Source of the DNA: a bacterium
GTDB lineage: Bacteria; Zhuqueibacterota; Zhuqueibacteria; Oceanimicrobiales; Oceanimicrobiaceae
DNA length: 37,187 bases
Direction: 5' to 3'
Assembly: GCA_037446635.1 (NCBI GenBank)
Contig: JBBIIG010000035.1
Span: forward strand, 5,297 to 42,483
The position numbers and the translations under genes were made by a program. The notes below the pieces were generated by a model. That model was given only the letters and a program-made list of their open reading frames with translations, was not told the origin of the DNA and made no database searches. Shown in pieces: positions 9,971 through 18,727 of the stretch. The stretch's first letter is position 1. Every line of letters starts with the position of its first letter.

Positions 9971-10309
9971 ATGAACATCTATGTCGGCAACTTATCAATG
10001 GATGTAACGAAAACCGATCTTCAGCAAGCCTTTGAGGCGTTCGGTAATGTTTCGTCCGCAACCGTTATCCGAGATAAATTTAGCGGTGAATCCCGGGGAT
10101 TTGGGTTCGTGGAAATGCCGGATCAGGCGGAGGCGCAAGCGGCGCTGGCTGCTTTGAACGGCTCGGAGCTGATGGGGAAAAACATTGTGGTGAGCGAAGC
10201 TCGTCCCCGTTCCGAGGGACACCGGGGCGGCGGTGGCGGTGGACGGCACGGCGGCGGTGGCTATCGCGGCGGCAGTCGCGGAGACGGCGGCGGCCGACGA
10301 CGCTTCTAA
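9971..10309 (+). CDS. RRM RNA-binding protein with Gly/Arg-rich tail
   Basis: RNP2 IYVGNL, RNP1 RGFGFVEM, RGG-rich C-terminus. Confidence 0.95.
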   Translation: MNIYVGNLSMDVTKTDLQQAFEAFGNVSSATVIRDKFSGESRGFGFVEMPDQAEAQAALAALNGSELMGKNIVVSEARPRSEGHRGGGGGGRHGGGGYRGGSRGDGGGRRRF

Positions 10310-10346
10310 ATACAAACGGTTTTATATTCCCACACAGCCTTGATTG

Positions 10347-10392
10347 GCGACTCAACGAATTCACCCGCGAGATGGATTCGTTGAGTTGCTTT
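10347..10392 (+). terminator. Probable intrinsic terminator or stabilising hairpin after the RRM gene
   Basis: 17-bp stem GCGACTCAACGAATTCA / TGGATTCGTTGAGTTGC (2 G-U pairs) followed by only TTT. Confidence 0.55.
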
Positions 10393-10637
10393 CGTCCCGA
10401 TTAAGATGTCCATCACTATTTCTGCAAAATTCCCAAATTTTAACACCGAGATCACCGAAGCCCACCGAACCATGTCGAATTGGTTATAAAAGTTTATGGA
10501 ACCATACAAAACGTTTTGATTGAGTGACTACAAAAAAAATTCAACGTCCTTCGATGAGCTTTGGTGTTTTGTCAGTGTACTTCGGTGCTTAATTTCAAGT
10601 GTTTATTGGGGAGGGAAAAATCGCTGTCGAGTTTCAA

Positions 10638-11786
10638 ATGATCGCCAAAACCTTTTCCGGAATGGAAGAGGTGTTGGCCGCGGAGTTAAACGCGCTGGGC
10701 GCCCAAAATATTCAGGCCCAGAATCGGGCAGTGAGTTTTTGGGGCGATCAGACTCTGCTTTACCGCTGCAATTTGTGGCTGCGCACCGCTCTACGGGTGT
10801 TGAAACCCCTTCATCAATTTCACGCCGCGAACGAACATCAACTCTATCGCGGCGTTCAGGACATCGATTGGCGTTCGTATTTGGGTGTGAACGATACTCT
10901 TGCCGTCAACGCCGTCGTCCACTCGCCCCATCTCACCCACTCACAATATGTCGGGCTGAAAGTCAAAGACGCCATCGTCGATCAATTCCGCCAACACACG
11001 GGACGGCGGCCTTCGATTGAGCCGGCCAGCCCAACTCTGCGCGTGCACGTTCATATTGCAAACGACCAGTGCACGCTGGCGCTGGACAGCTCCGGGGAGT
11101 CGCTCCACAAGCGCGGCTACCGCTTGGACAAAAATGAGGCACCCCTCAATGAAGCCCTGGCGGCGGGATTGGTGCTGCTGACCGGCTGGAGCGGGCAGAG
11201 CAATTTCGTCGATCCCATGTGCGGCGCCGGCACCATCGTCATTGAAGCGGCTATGATCGCGCATAACATCGCGCCCGGCCTCAAGCGGAAATTCGGTTTT
11301 ATGACCTGGAAGGATTTCAATCCAGAAAACTGGGAGCGCGCTAAAAATCAAGCGTTGGCGGCGGTGCGTCGTTTCGAATATAAAATCGTCGGCGGGGATA
11401 TTTCTCAAACCGTTTTGCGCGCAGCCCGCAAAAACGCTCGTCAGGCCGGGGTAGAAGACAAAGTCGAATTTGTCGTCTCGGCGTTTGAGGAGTTTGTTCC
11501 TCCGGCGGGCGGCGGCGTACTGGTGATGAATCCCCCTTACGGCGAACGGATGAAGAAAGCCGCCATCGAGTCATTTTATAAAATGATTGGCGATGGCCTT
11601 AAACAGCGCTTCGCCGGCTACGAGGCCTGGATTTTCAGCGGCAACCCCGATGCCTTGAAACACCTCGGGCTGCGGCCGTCGCAAAAACACACTCTGTATC
11701 ATGGCGGCCTGGAGTGCAAGTTTCAGAAGTTCGCCATCTACGAAGGCAGCATCAAAAGCAAATACTCTCGCCTCAAGCAAAGTTGA
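10638..11786 (+). CDS. THUMP-domain class I SAM-dependent RNA methyltransferase (RlmL-like)
   Basis: NLWLRTALRVL, LDSSGESLHKRGYR, DPMCGAGT and NPPYG motifs; the start could be GTG 10599. Confidence 0.88.
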   Translation: MIAKTFSGMEEVLAAELNALGAQNIQAQNRAVSFWGDQTLLYRCNLWLRTALRVLKPLHQFHAANEHQLYRGVQDIDWRSYLGVNDTLAVNAVVHSPHLTHSQYVGLKVKDAIVDQFRQHTGRRPSIEPASPTLRVHVHIANDQCTLALDSSGESLHKRGYRLDKNEAPLNEALAAGLVLLTGWSGQSNFVDPMCGAGTIVIEAAMIAHNIAPGLKRKFGFMTWKDFNPENWERAKNQALAAVRRFEYKIVGGDISQTVLRAARKNARQAGVEDKVEFVVSAFEEFVPPAGGGVLVMNPPYGERMKKAAIESFYKMIGDGLKQRFAGYEAWIFSGNPDALKHLGLRPSQKHTLYHGGLECKFQKFAIYEGSIKSKYSRLKQS

Positions 11787-11816
11787 GTCCCCTCTATTTT
11801 CTCCTGCGAATTCATT

Positions 11817-11846
11817 CGTAGGGGTAATTCATGAATTACCCCTACG
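11817..11846. repeat. GTAG-type REP palindrome
   Basis: Perfect 30-bp palindrome CGTAGGGGTAATTCATGAATTACCCCTACG. Confidence 0.8.
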
Positions 11847-11851
11847 GGTGA

Positions 11852-11969
11852 TGTCATTGCGATTATCGACGAAGTCGTTCCTGAGAGCGAAGCTATCTCC
11901 TGGTTCTTCTTCCGGTGCAGACCAGTGCGCAAATTGTCATCGCCTGCCTGCTGCAGGCAATGACAATTT
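11852..11969. repeat. Degenerate TGTCATTGC...GCAATGACA inverted-repeat element
   Basis: 9-bp inverted repeat at 11852-11860 / 11957-11965; alternative 17-bp stem with 1 mismatch at 11931-11969. Confidence 0.55.
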
Positions 11970-12054
11970 CCTCCTTTCCGACAGCCCCTCTCAAAATTAT
12001 TTTGTAAGAATTGAAACTTAATGGGTGGTCGGAAGTATATACCACCTGATTATT

Positions 12055-12088
12055 TGACTCAAAAGTCAGAAAATGACCAGTTAGTCAT
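12055..12088. promoter_or_regulatory. Tandem TGAC-N6-GTCA palindromes, likely TetR operators
   Basis: TGACTCAAAAGTCA (12055-12068) and ATGACCAGTTAGTCAT (12073-12088) lie immediately upstream of tetR. Confidence 0.65.
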
Positions 12089-12108
12089 GTCTTCAAAGGA
12101 ATCTCAAT

Positions 12109-12735
12109 TTGGAATCGGAAGTCTCGCTGAGCCGCAAAGAGCGCGAGCGTCTCGCCCGCCAGGATGAAATCCTCAACGCCGCCCGCCAGGTTTTTTCCGA
12201 ACATGGTTTTAAAAACGCCACCCTGGACGAAATCGCCGAAGTGGCGGAATTCGGAAAAGGCACGCTGTACAACTACTTCAAGAGCAAAGAGGAACTGTTT
12301 GTTTCGATTATCCTACGCGGCATCCATCATTTCCAGCAATTTGTGGAAGAAGCGGTGAACGCCAAAACCTCGCCGCGCGAACGGGTCGAGGCCTATATTG
12401 ACGCTGCCTTCGAGTTTTTTAAAATGAACCGCCAGATTTTCAGCATCCTGGTTTTGGAGCGCTCAACTCTCGCGCGCAGCTTGAACGGCGATCTGTTCAA
12501 TCAGTTTTGTTCCGAGGAAGCCGGCCTGCTGGATTATTTGGCTCGTCTCATTGGCGACGGGGTTAAAAAGAAAGCGTTCAAAAAATTCGATCCCGCCAAG
12601 GCGGCGGAGGCGCTGTTCGGTCTAATTCACTCCATTTTTATCCACGCCGTGATGCAGCCCGACGCCTACGATTTGAACGGCAATATTGAAGTCATCAAAA
12701 AAATTTTTTTTGAAGGAATTGCAGCGAGTGCATAA
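12109..12735 (+). CDS. TetR/AcrR family transcriptional regulator
   Basis: HTH ILNAARQVFSEHGFKNATLDEIAEVAEFGKGTLYNYFKSKEELF; TTG start after AAAGGA. Confidence 0.95.
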   Translation: MESEVSLSRKERERLARQDEILNAARQVFSEHGFKNATLDEIAEVAEFGKGTLYNYFKSKEELFVSIILRGIHHFQQFVEEAVNAKTSPRERVEAYIDAAFEFFKMNRQIFSILVLERSTLARSLNGDLFNQFCSEEAGLLDYLARLIGDGVKKKAFKKFDPAKAAEALFGLIHSIFIHAVMQPDAYDLNGNIEVIKKIFFEGIAASA

Positions 12736-12744
12736 ACGATTGAG

Positions 12745-12781
12745 CGGCGTGAAAAACTTAAGTTTTTCACGCCGGCTTTTT
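12745..12781 (+). terminator. Perfect 30-bp palindrome plus T-tract between tetR and tolC (terminator or REP-like)
   Basis: CGGCGTGAAAAACTTAAGTTTTTCACGCCG followed by GCTTTTT. Confidence 0.45.
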
Positions 12782-12844
12782 CCAGAAAACGACTTGGTGG
12801 ATGCCGGACTTTTACAATAGTCTTGAACCAAAAAAAGAGGAGCC

Positions 12845-14185
12845 ATGAAAGTTAAGTTTGAATTTTTGATGGTGATTTTGCTTTTGGGTTTTGCGGCTTA
12901 CGGGCACGGCCAGGAAGTTGCTAAAAAACTTAATCTCGAAAGCGCCATCGATTTGGCGCTGCAGAACAACGAGCAGATTCTCATCTCGCGCAACGAGGTG
13001 CAATCCGCGCGCGCCCGCATTCGCGAGGCCTGGGCGGACGCCCTGCCGGAAATCAATTTCAACGGCGTTTACACGCGCAACTTCAAACGCCCGGTCATCT
13101 TTCTGCCCGGCTTCTTTTTCCCCGACGGCAGCCCCGACGAGCAGGTGCCGGTGACGGTTGGTGCGAAAAATACTTACAGCATGTTGTTTACGTTTGACCA
13201 GCCGCTGTATCAGGCTGGCAAGGTTTCCGCGGGAATCCGCGCCGCGCGTCTTTTCAATCGGTTTTCCACGGCGGGTTTTGACGCCGCGCGCACGGATCTC
13301 GCCCTCGCGGTGAAAAAGGCGTTTTACACAGTGCTGCTGAATCAGCAGTTGCTGGAGATCAACCGCCAATCGCTGGAGCAGAGTCTTGAGCATTTGGTGA
13401 ACACCCGCAAGCTTTTTCTGCAGGGGCAGGTTGCGGAGTTAGACACGCTGCGAGCTTGGGTGGATTACACCAATCTCCAGCCGCCGGTGATTTGGGCGGA
13501 GAACAATCTCAAAATGTCGGAGAATCAATTGAAAGAGCTGATCGGCTTGGAACTCGAAGATGAAATTGTTCTCGACGGCCAATTGGAATTTGGGCCTACC
13601 AACGGCATCACCTTCGAGGAATATTTGCAGCAGGCGCTGCAAAGTCGGCCGGAACTCCGGCAGCTCGAATTGCAAACCGGCATCTACAAAGAGAACATCG
13701 CCGTCACCCGCTCGGACCTGCTGCCGAAGCTTTCTTTTCGCGGCGTGTATCAGTACGACGCCCAGTCCGAGCGCTTTGATTTTGGACCGGGGCTGCAAAA
13801 CAGCATCAGCGCGGCGGTCATCCTGCAGGTGCCGATTTTCAATGGCTTCCGCAGTTACGCTAAAATTCAACAGGCAAAATTGGATTACGCCAATTCCAGA
13901 CTTCAGGTGGAGCGGTTCAAAGACCAATTAAAAATCGAAGTGGAATCCATTTTATTAAATCTGCAGGAAGCCGCCCGTAGGGTTTATGCTCAGAGTCAGG
14001 CTATTGCGCAGGCCGAGAAAGCGCTGCACATGTCCGAGCTGCAATATAATGAAGGCGTGGGCACGCAAATAGAACTGGGCGATGCGCGGCTGGCTTTGAA
14101 TGTGACAAAAACCAACTACATCCGTGCGGTGTACGATTACAAGATAGCGCTGGCTGAATTAGATAAAGCGATAGGGAGAGAGTAA
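12845..14185 (+). CDS. TolC family outer membrane efflux protein
   Basis: Signal peptide, LNLESAIDLALQNN, ALQSRPEL and LQVPIFNGF motifs; operon with MFP and RND. Confidence 0.92.
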   Translation: MKVKFEFLMVILLLGFAAYGHGQEVAKKLNLESAIDLALQNNEQILISRNEVQSARARIREAWADALPEINFNGVYTRNFKRPVIFLPGFFFPDGSPDEQVPVTVGAKNTYSMLFTFDQPLYQAGKVSAGIRAARLFNRFSTAGFDAARTDLALAVKKAFYTVLLNQQLLEINRQSLEQSLEHLVNTRKLFLQGQVAELDTLRAWVDYTNLQPPVIWAENNLKMSENQLKELIGLELEDEIVLDGQLEFGPTNGITFEEYLQQALQSRPELRQLELQTGIYKENIAVTRSDLLPKLSFRGVYQYDAQSERFDFGPGLQNSISAAVILQVPIFNGFRSYAKIQQAKLDYANSRLQVERFKDQLKIEVESILLNLQEAARRVYAQSQAIAQAEKALHMSELQYNEGVGTQIELGDARLALNVTKTNYIRAVYDYKIALAELDKAIGRE

Positions 14186-14186
14186 C

Positions 14187-15269
14187 ATGACCGCTAGAAA
14201 ATTAACTGCGTTTGCGCCAATTGTTTTGTTTGCGATTTTGCAACTCAATTGCGGCGAAGAAAGTCTCGGCGAAAATGGCGCCAACGGCGTTGCGGAAAAG
14301 GTCACCGATGTCAAAGTGATGACCATTGAACCGCGAAGCTTCGTTGATTACATCGAAGTGACCGGCTCGGTGATCGCGGATATCACCACGGTGGTTAGCG
14401 CCGAGGAGAGCGGGGTCATCGAACGTTTTCTCAAGGAAAAGGGCGACCGCGTGAGTAAAGAGGAGGTGGTCGTTAAATTAAACAACAAAGTGCTGAAGGC
14501 CAGTTACGATGAAGCCAAAGCCGCCTATTTGTTGAGCGAAGCCACGTTCAAACGGCAGGCGAATCTTTATAAAGATAACGTCATCTCCGAGCAGAAATAT
14601 TTGGAGGTGAAATACACCAACGAACGCAACGCGGCGATCTACGAGAATCTCAAAGCGCGTTTGGAAAAGACCGAGATCAAGAGTCCTATCCCCGGGTACA
14701 TCGACGAGCAGTACGCGGAAATCGGTGAATTTGTGCAGCCGGGAACGCCGCTGTTTCGGGTGGTGAAAACTGACGTCGTCAAAATCAGCGCCGGCGTGCC
14801 GGAAAAATTTGTGCCGCACGTTAAGTTCGGTTCGCAAGCCGATATCACCTTCGACATTTTGCCGGATGAAAACTTTGTGGGGAAGGTGACGTTTATCAGC
14901 CCCAGCATCAACAAAAGCAGCCGCACCTTTCCCATCGAGATTCAGTTGGACAATCGCGCCGGCCGGCTCAAACCGGAAATGTTTGCGCGGGTTAAGATCA
15001 AACGCGCCGAGTTAGAAAACGTCGCCGTGATTCCCCGCGACGCCATCATTGAAACCGAAAACGGTAAGTTCGCTTTTGTGGCCAATGGCAATTTGGCGCA
15101 TAAACGCATGGTGACCATTGGCGCCTCGTATGAAAATGAAGTTTGGGTCTCGGCAGGGCTGAAGCCCGGCGACCAGCTCATCATTGTGGGGCACCGCGAT
15201 TTGGTGGACGGCGAGCGCATTGCTGTCGCCGGCGGCGAAAGCGCGGCTGTGCCAACCGAGTCCAATTAA
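14187..15269 (+). CDS. RND efflux periplasmic adaptor (MFP)
   Basis: Lipoprotein-like N-terminus, IKSPIPG, GEFVQPGTPLF and LKPEMFA motifs. Confidence 0.93.
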   Translation: MTARKLTAFAPIVLFAILQLNCGEESLGENGANGVAEKVTDVKVMTIEPRSFVDYIEVTGSVIADITTVVSAEESGVIERFLKEKGDRVSKEEVVVKLNNKVLKASYDEAKAAYLLSEATFKRQANLYKDNVISEQKYLEVKYTNERNAAIYENLKARLEKTEIKSPIPGYIDEQYAEIGEFVQPGTPLFRVVKTDVVKISAGVPEKFVPHVKFGSQADITFDILPDENFVGKVTFISPSINKSSRTFPIEIQLDNRAGRLKPEMFARVKIKRAELENVAVIPRDAIIETENGKFAFVANGNLAHKRMVTIGASYENEVWVSAGLKPGDQLIIVGHRDLVDGERIAVAGGESAAVPTESN

Positions 15270-15287
15270 AATGTCGAAGGATAAACG

Positions 15288-18200
15288 ATGAGTCTCACCC
15301 ATTTTTCCCTGAAACATAAACCCTTTGTCTCCGTGTTGGTGATGGTTTTTGTGATTATGGGATTGGTTTCCTACATCACGTTGCCGCGGGAATCCGCGCC
15401 GGCCATCACCATTCCCATTGTTTTGGTTTCGACGCCCTACTTTGGGGTGGCGCCGTCGGACATCGAGACGCTGGTCACTCAGCCCATCGAGCGCAAGCTG
15501 AAAGAGATCGCCGATGTCAAAGAAATTCGCTCCACCTCCAGCGAGGGCATGTCCACTATCGAAGTGGAGTTCGAGGCGGACATCGACATCGATGTGGCGC
15601 TGCAGAAAGTGCGCGACAAAGTCGATCTCGCCAAAAGCGAGCTGCCGAAGGATGCGGAAGATCCCATCATCAACGAAATCAACCTTTCTGAATTTCCAAT
15701 CATGCTGGTGAATATTTCCGGCGATTACGATTTGGTGAAGCTCAAAGAAATCGCGGAAGATTTTGAAGACCAATTCGAAACCATCACCGGCATCCTCGAT
15801 GTGACCATCACCGGCGGTTTGGAGCGGGAAGTCAAAATCAACGTGGATTTGGAGAAACTAAAATACTACAACCTCGCGTTCAAAGACGTCATCGAAACCA
15901 TTCAAAACGAGAATCAAACCATTCCCGGCGGTTCCATCGAAGTGGGAAATTTGAATTATCTGGTGCGCGTCCCCGGAGAATTTGAAGACGTCGAGATCAT
16001 CCCGGAGTTGGTGGTAAAATCTTCTGGCCACACGCCCATTTACATGAAAGACATCGCCGACGTGGAGTACGGCTTCAAAGAGAAAACCAGTTTGGCGCGC
16101 GAGGGCGGGCGCAACTGCGTGACCCTGAGCGTGAAAAAGCGCTCCGGCTACAACCTCATTCAAATCGCCGATGAGATCAAAAAAATCATCGAAGCCGAAA
16201 AAGCCAAACTGCCGTCGGGCACGGTGGTTTCCATCACCGCCGATCGCTCCAAAGATATCCGCACCATGGTGGCCGATTTGGAAAACAACATCATCTCGGG
16301 TTTGTTTCTGGTGGTGGCCGTCCTGTTCGCTTTTTTGGGATTCCGCAATTCGGTGTTTGTAGCGGTGGCGATTCCACTGTCGATGCTGCTGTCGTTCATC
16401 ATCATTCAAGCGCTGGGTTATACCCTCAACATGATTGTGCTTTTCAGCCTGATTCTGGCGCTGGGAATGTTAGTGGACAACGCCATCGTTCTGGTGGAAA
16501 ACATCTATCGCCATCGCGAGGAAGGGTATTCACCCTTTCAGGCGGCGTTGAAAGGCGCGACCGAAATCGCCGCCCCCATTACCGCTTCCACCGTGACCAC
16601 ATTGGTGGCGTTTGCACCGATGATCTTCTGGCCGGGCATCATGGGCGAGTTCATGAAGTACCTGCCCATCACGTTGATCATCACCCTCTCCTGTTCGTTA
16701 TTCGTTGCCCTGGTAGTGAACCCGGTGCTGTGCGAGGTGTTCATGAAAGTGGGCAAAAAGAAACATGAACAAAAATTTTTTCGGAGATTGGTCGCGAATT
16801 ATGAGAAGGTTTTGCGCTTTGCATTGAATCACCGCGGCGCCGCGATCGCGGCCGCATTTGGTACGCTGATGATCATTTTCATCCTGTATGGTTTTTTTGG
16901 CCAAGGCGTGGAATTTTTCCCGAAAGTCGATCCTGCGCAGATCATGATTGAGGTCACCGCGCCCACCGGCACTCGCTTAGAGGAGTCCGATCGCATTGTG
17001 AATGAGATTGAAAGGCAGATGCCAAAGTTCCAGCAGGATGTCACCAGCTACGTCGCCAACGTGGGCACCGAGGGCAGCGGCGGATTTAGTTTTGGCGGCG
17101 GCAGCTCGCCGCACATCAGTTGGGTGACCATCGAATTTGTCGATCGCCAGGAACGCCATCAATCATCGAAGAAAACCATGCAGGAAATCCGCCACGACGT
17201 GGAACGTATTCCGGGAGCGCGCATCGAAGTGCAGGAGCCAGATGTGGGGCCGCCCACCGGACCGCCGGTTAACGTTGAAATTTCCGGCGACGATTTTAAA
17301 GTTCTGGGAGAGTTGGCGGCAGCGGTGCGGCGCGAGATTAAAAACATCCCCGGCCTCGTGGATTTGAAGGACGATTTTGACCAGGGGCGGCCGGAATTGA
17401 AAGTTCGCATCGATCGCAAGAAAGCCGCGATTTACGGCGTGAACACGGCAGATATTGCCGCCACGATTCGCACCGCCATTTACGGCACCGAAGCCTCCGA
17501 CTACCGCGTTGGCGAAGATGAGTACGACATCACCGTGCGTTTGAAAAAGAGCGCGCGCAATCGTTTGAACGTGCTGGAAAATCTCACGGTCTTTTACGAA
17601 GGCACGCACATCCCGCTGATCTCGTTGGTTGACTTCGAATACGCCGGCGGATTGACGGCCATCAAGCGCAAAGATTTGAAGCGCGTGGTCACCGTCTCCG
17701 CCAACGTCGAAGGCCGACTCGCCAACGACGTCTTGAAAGACGTCCAGGCGACGATTGCCGGCATGGCATTCCCGCCGGGTTACATGGTGCAGTACACCGG
17801 CGAAAACAAAGAACAGGAAGAAAGCCAGCAATTTTTGAGTCGTGCGTTTATGGTGGCGCTGTTTCTGATTTTTCTGGTTCTGGTTTATGAATTCAACTCC
17901 GCGGCCATTCCGTTCACCATCATGGTGTCGGTGATCCTTTCTTTGATTGGCGTGTTCTTCGGATTGATGGTGCTGCGCATGCCCTTTGGAATTCTTATGA
18001 CTGGCATCGGCGTCATCAGTCTCGCCGGTGTGGTGGTGAACAACGCCATCGTGTTGATCGATTACACCCAGCAGCTTCGCGAGCGCGGCCTGGCCAAAAT
18101 GGAGGCCATCATCGAAGCCGGCAAAACCCGTTTGCGGCCGGTGATGCTCACCGCCATCACCACCATCGTCGGCTTGATCCCCCTTTCCACCGGCCTCAAT

Positions 18201-18428
18201 TTTGACTTCTTCAAATTCCGTTTTGACATTGGCGGTGAAAGCTCGCAGTGGTGGGGGCCCATGGGCGTGGCGGTGATCTTCGGGTTGGCCGTGGCCACAT
18301 TTTTGACGCTGGTGATCGTGCCGGTGGTGTATTATATTCTTGACGGCTGGAGCGAGCGGGCGCGCACTAAATTTGCGCTGGAAGAGAACGGGAAGGAGAG
18401 AGCGCTGGCCGTCGCCGAATTGGAATAG
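15288..18428 (+). CDS. RND efflux permease (AcrB/AcrD/AcrF family)
   Basis: 1046 aa; GMLVDNAIVLVENI, GVVVNNAIVLID and RLRPVMLTAITT motifs. Confidence 0.96.
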   Translation: MSLTHFSLKHKPFVSVLVMVFVIMGLVSYITLPRESAPAITIPIVLVSTPYFGVAPSDIETLVTQPIERKLKEIADVKEIRSTSSEGMSTIEVEFEADIDIDVALQKVRDKVDLAKSELPKDAEDPIINEINLSEFPIMLVNISGDYDLVKLKEIAEDFEDQFETITGILDVTITGGLEREVKINVDLEKLKYYNLAFKDVIETIQNENQTIPGGSIEVGNLNYLVRVPGEFEDVEIIPELVVKSSGHTPIYMKDIADVEYGFKEKTSLAREGGRNCVTLSVKKRSGYNLIQIADEIKKIIEAEKAKLPSGTVVSITADRSKDIRTMVADLENNIISGLFLVVAVLFAFLGFRNSVFVAVAIPLSMLLSFIIIQALGYTLNMIVLFSLILALGMLVDNAIVLVENIYRHREEGYSPFQAALKGATEIAAPITASTVTTLVAFAPMIFWPGIMGEFMKYLPITLIITLSCSLFVALVVNPVLCEVFMKVGKKKHEQKFFRRLVANYEKVLRFALNHRGAAIAAAFGTLMIIFILYGFFGQGVEFFPKVDPAQIMIEVTAPTGTRLEESDRIVNEIERQMPKFQQDVTSYVANVGTEGSGGFSFGGGSSPHISWVTIEFVDRQERHQSSKKTMQEIRHDVERIPGARIEVQEPDVGPPTGPPVNVEISGDDFKVLGELAAAVRREIKNIPGLVDLKDDFDQGRPELKVRIDRKKAAIYGVNTADIAATIRTAIYGTEASDYRVGEDEYDITVRLKKSARNRLNVLENLTVFYEGTHIPLISLVDFEYAGGLTAIKRKDLKRVVTVSANVEGRLANDVLKDVQATIAGMAFPPGYMVQYTGENKEQEESQQFLSRAFMVALFLIFLVLVYEFNSAAIPFTIMVSVILSLIGVFFGLMVLRMPFGILMTGIGVISLAGVVVNNAIVLIDYTQQLRERGLAKMEAIIEAGKTRLRPVMLTAITTIVGLIPLSTGLNFDFFKFRFDIGGESSQWWGPMGVAVIFGLAVATFLTLVIVPVVYYILDGWSERARTKFALEENGKERALAVAELE

Positions 18429-18434
18429 AAAATC

Positions 18435-18702
18435 CGCAAGGAACGCAAGGCCGTCGCCAAGACCACTAAAAAATGTTAGATTTCCATTGCGTTCCTTTGC
18501 GTTTTCTTAGTGAACTTTGTGGTTAAGTTTGGGTTTGTACTTCCGACAAATCATTTGCTTGCAACTCTCGATTTTTTTACTTTCCCGCGTCAGAAATCCT
18601 GAAGCGGACCATCCGCAAAAATCAAATTAAGTGCACTCAAAGGCATGAAGCAGTACGCGATTTTCTTTACTCGATCTTCGCGGCTTCGCATCTTTGCGTG
18701 AG
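18435..18702. repeat. Two degenerate CGCAAAG/CTTTGCG-family inverted repeats
   Basis: CGCAAGGAACGCAA (18435) / TTGCGTTCCTTTGCG (18487); CACTCAAAGGCATGAAG (18634) / CTTCGCATCTTTGCGTGAG (ends 18702). Confidence 0.55.
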
Positions 18703-18727
18703 AGTTTTCATTTCAAAAGGAGGAACT

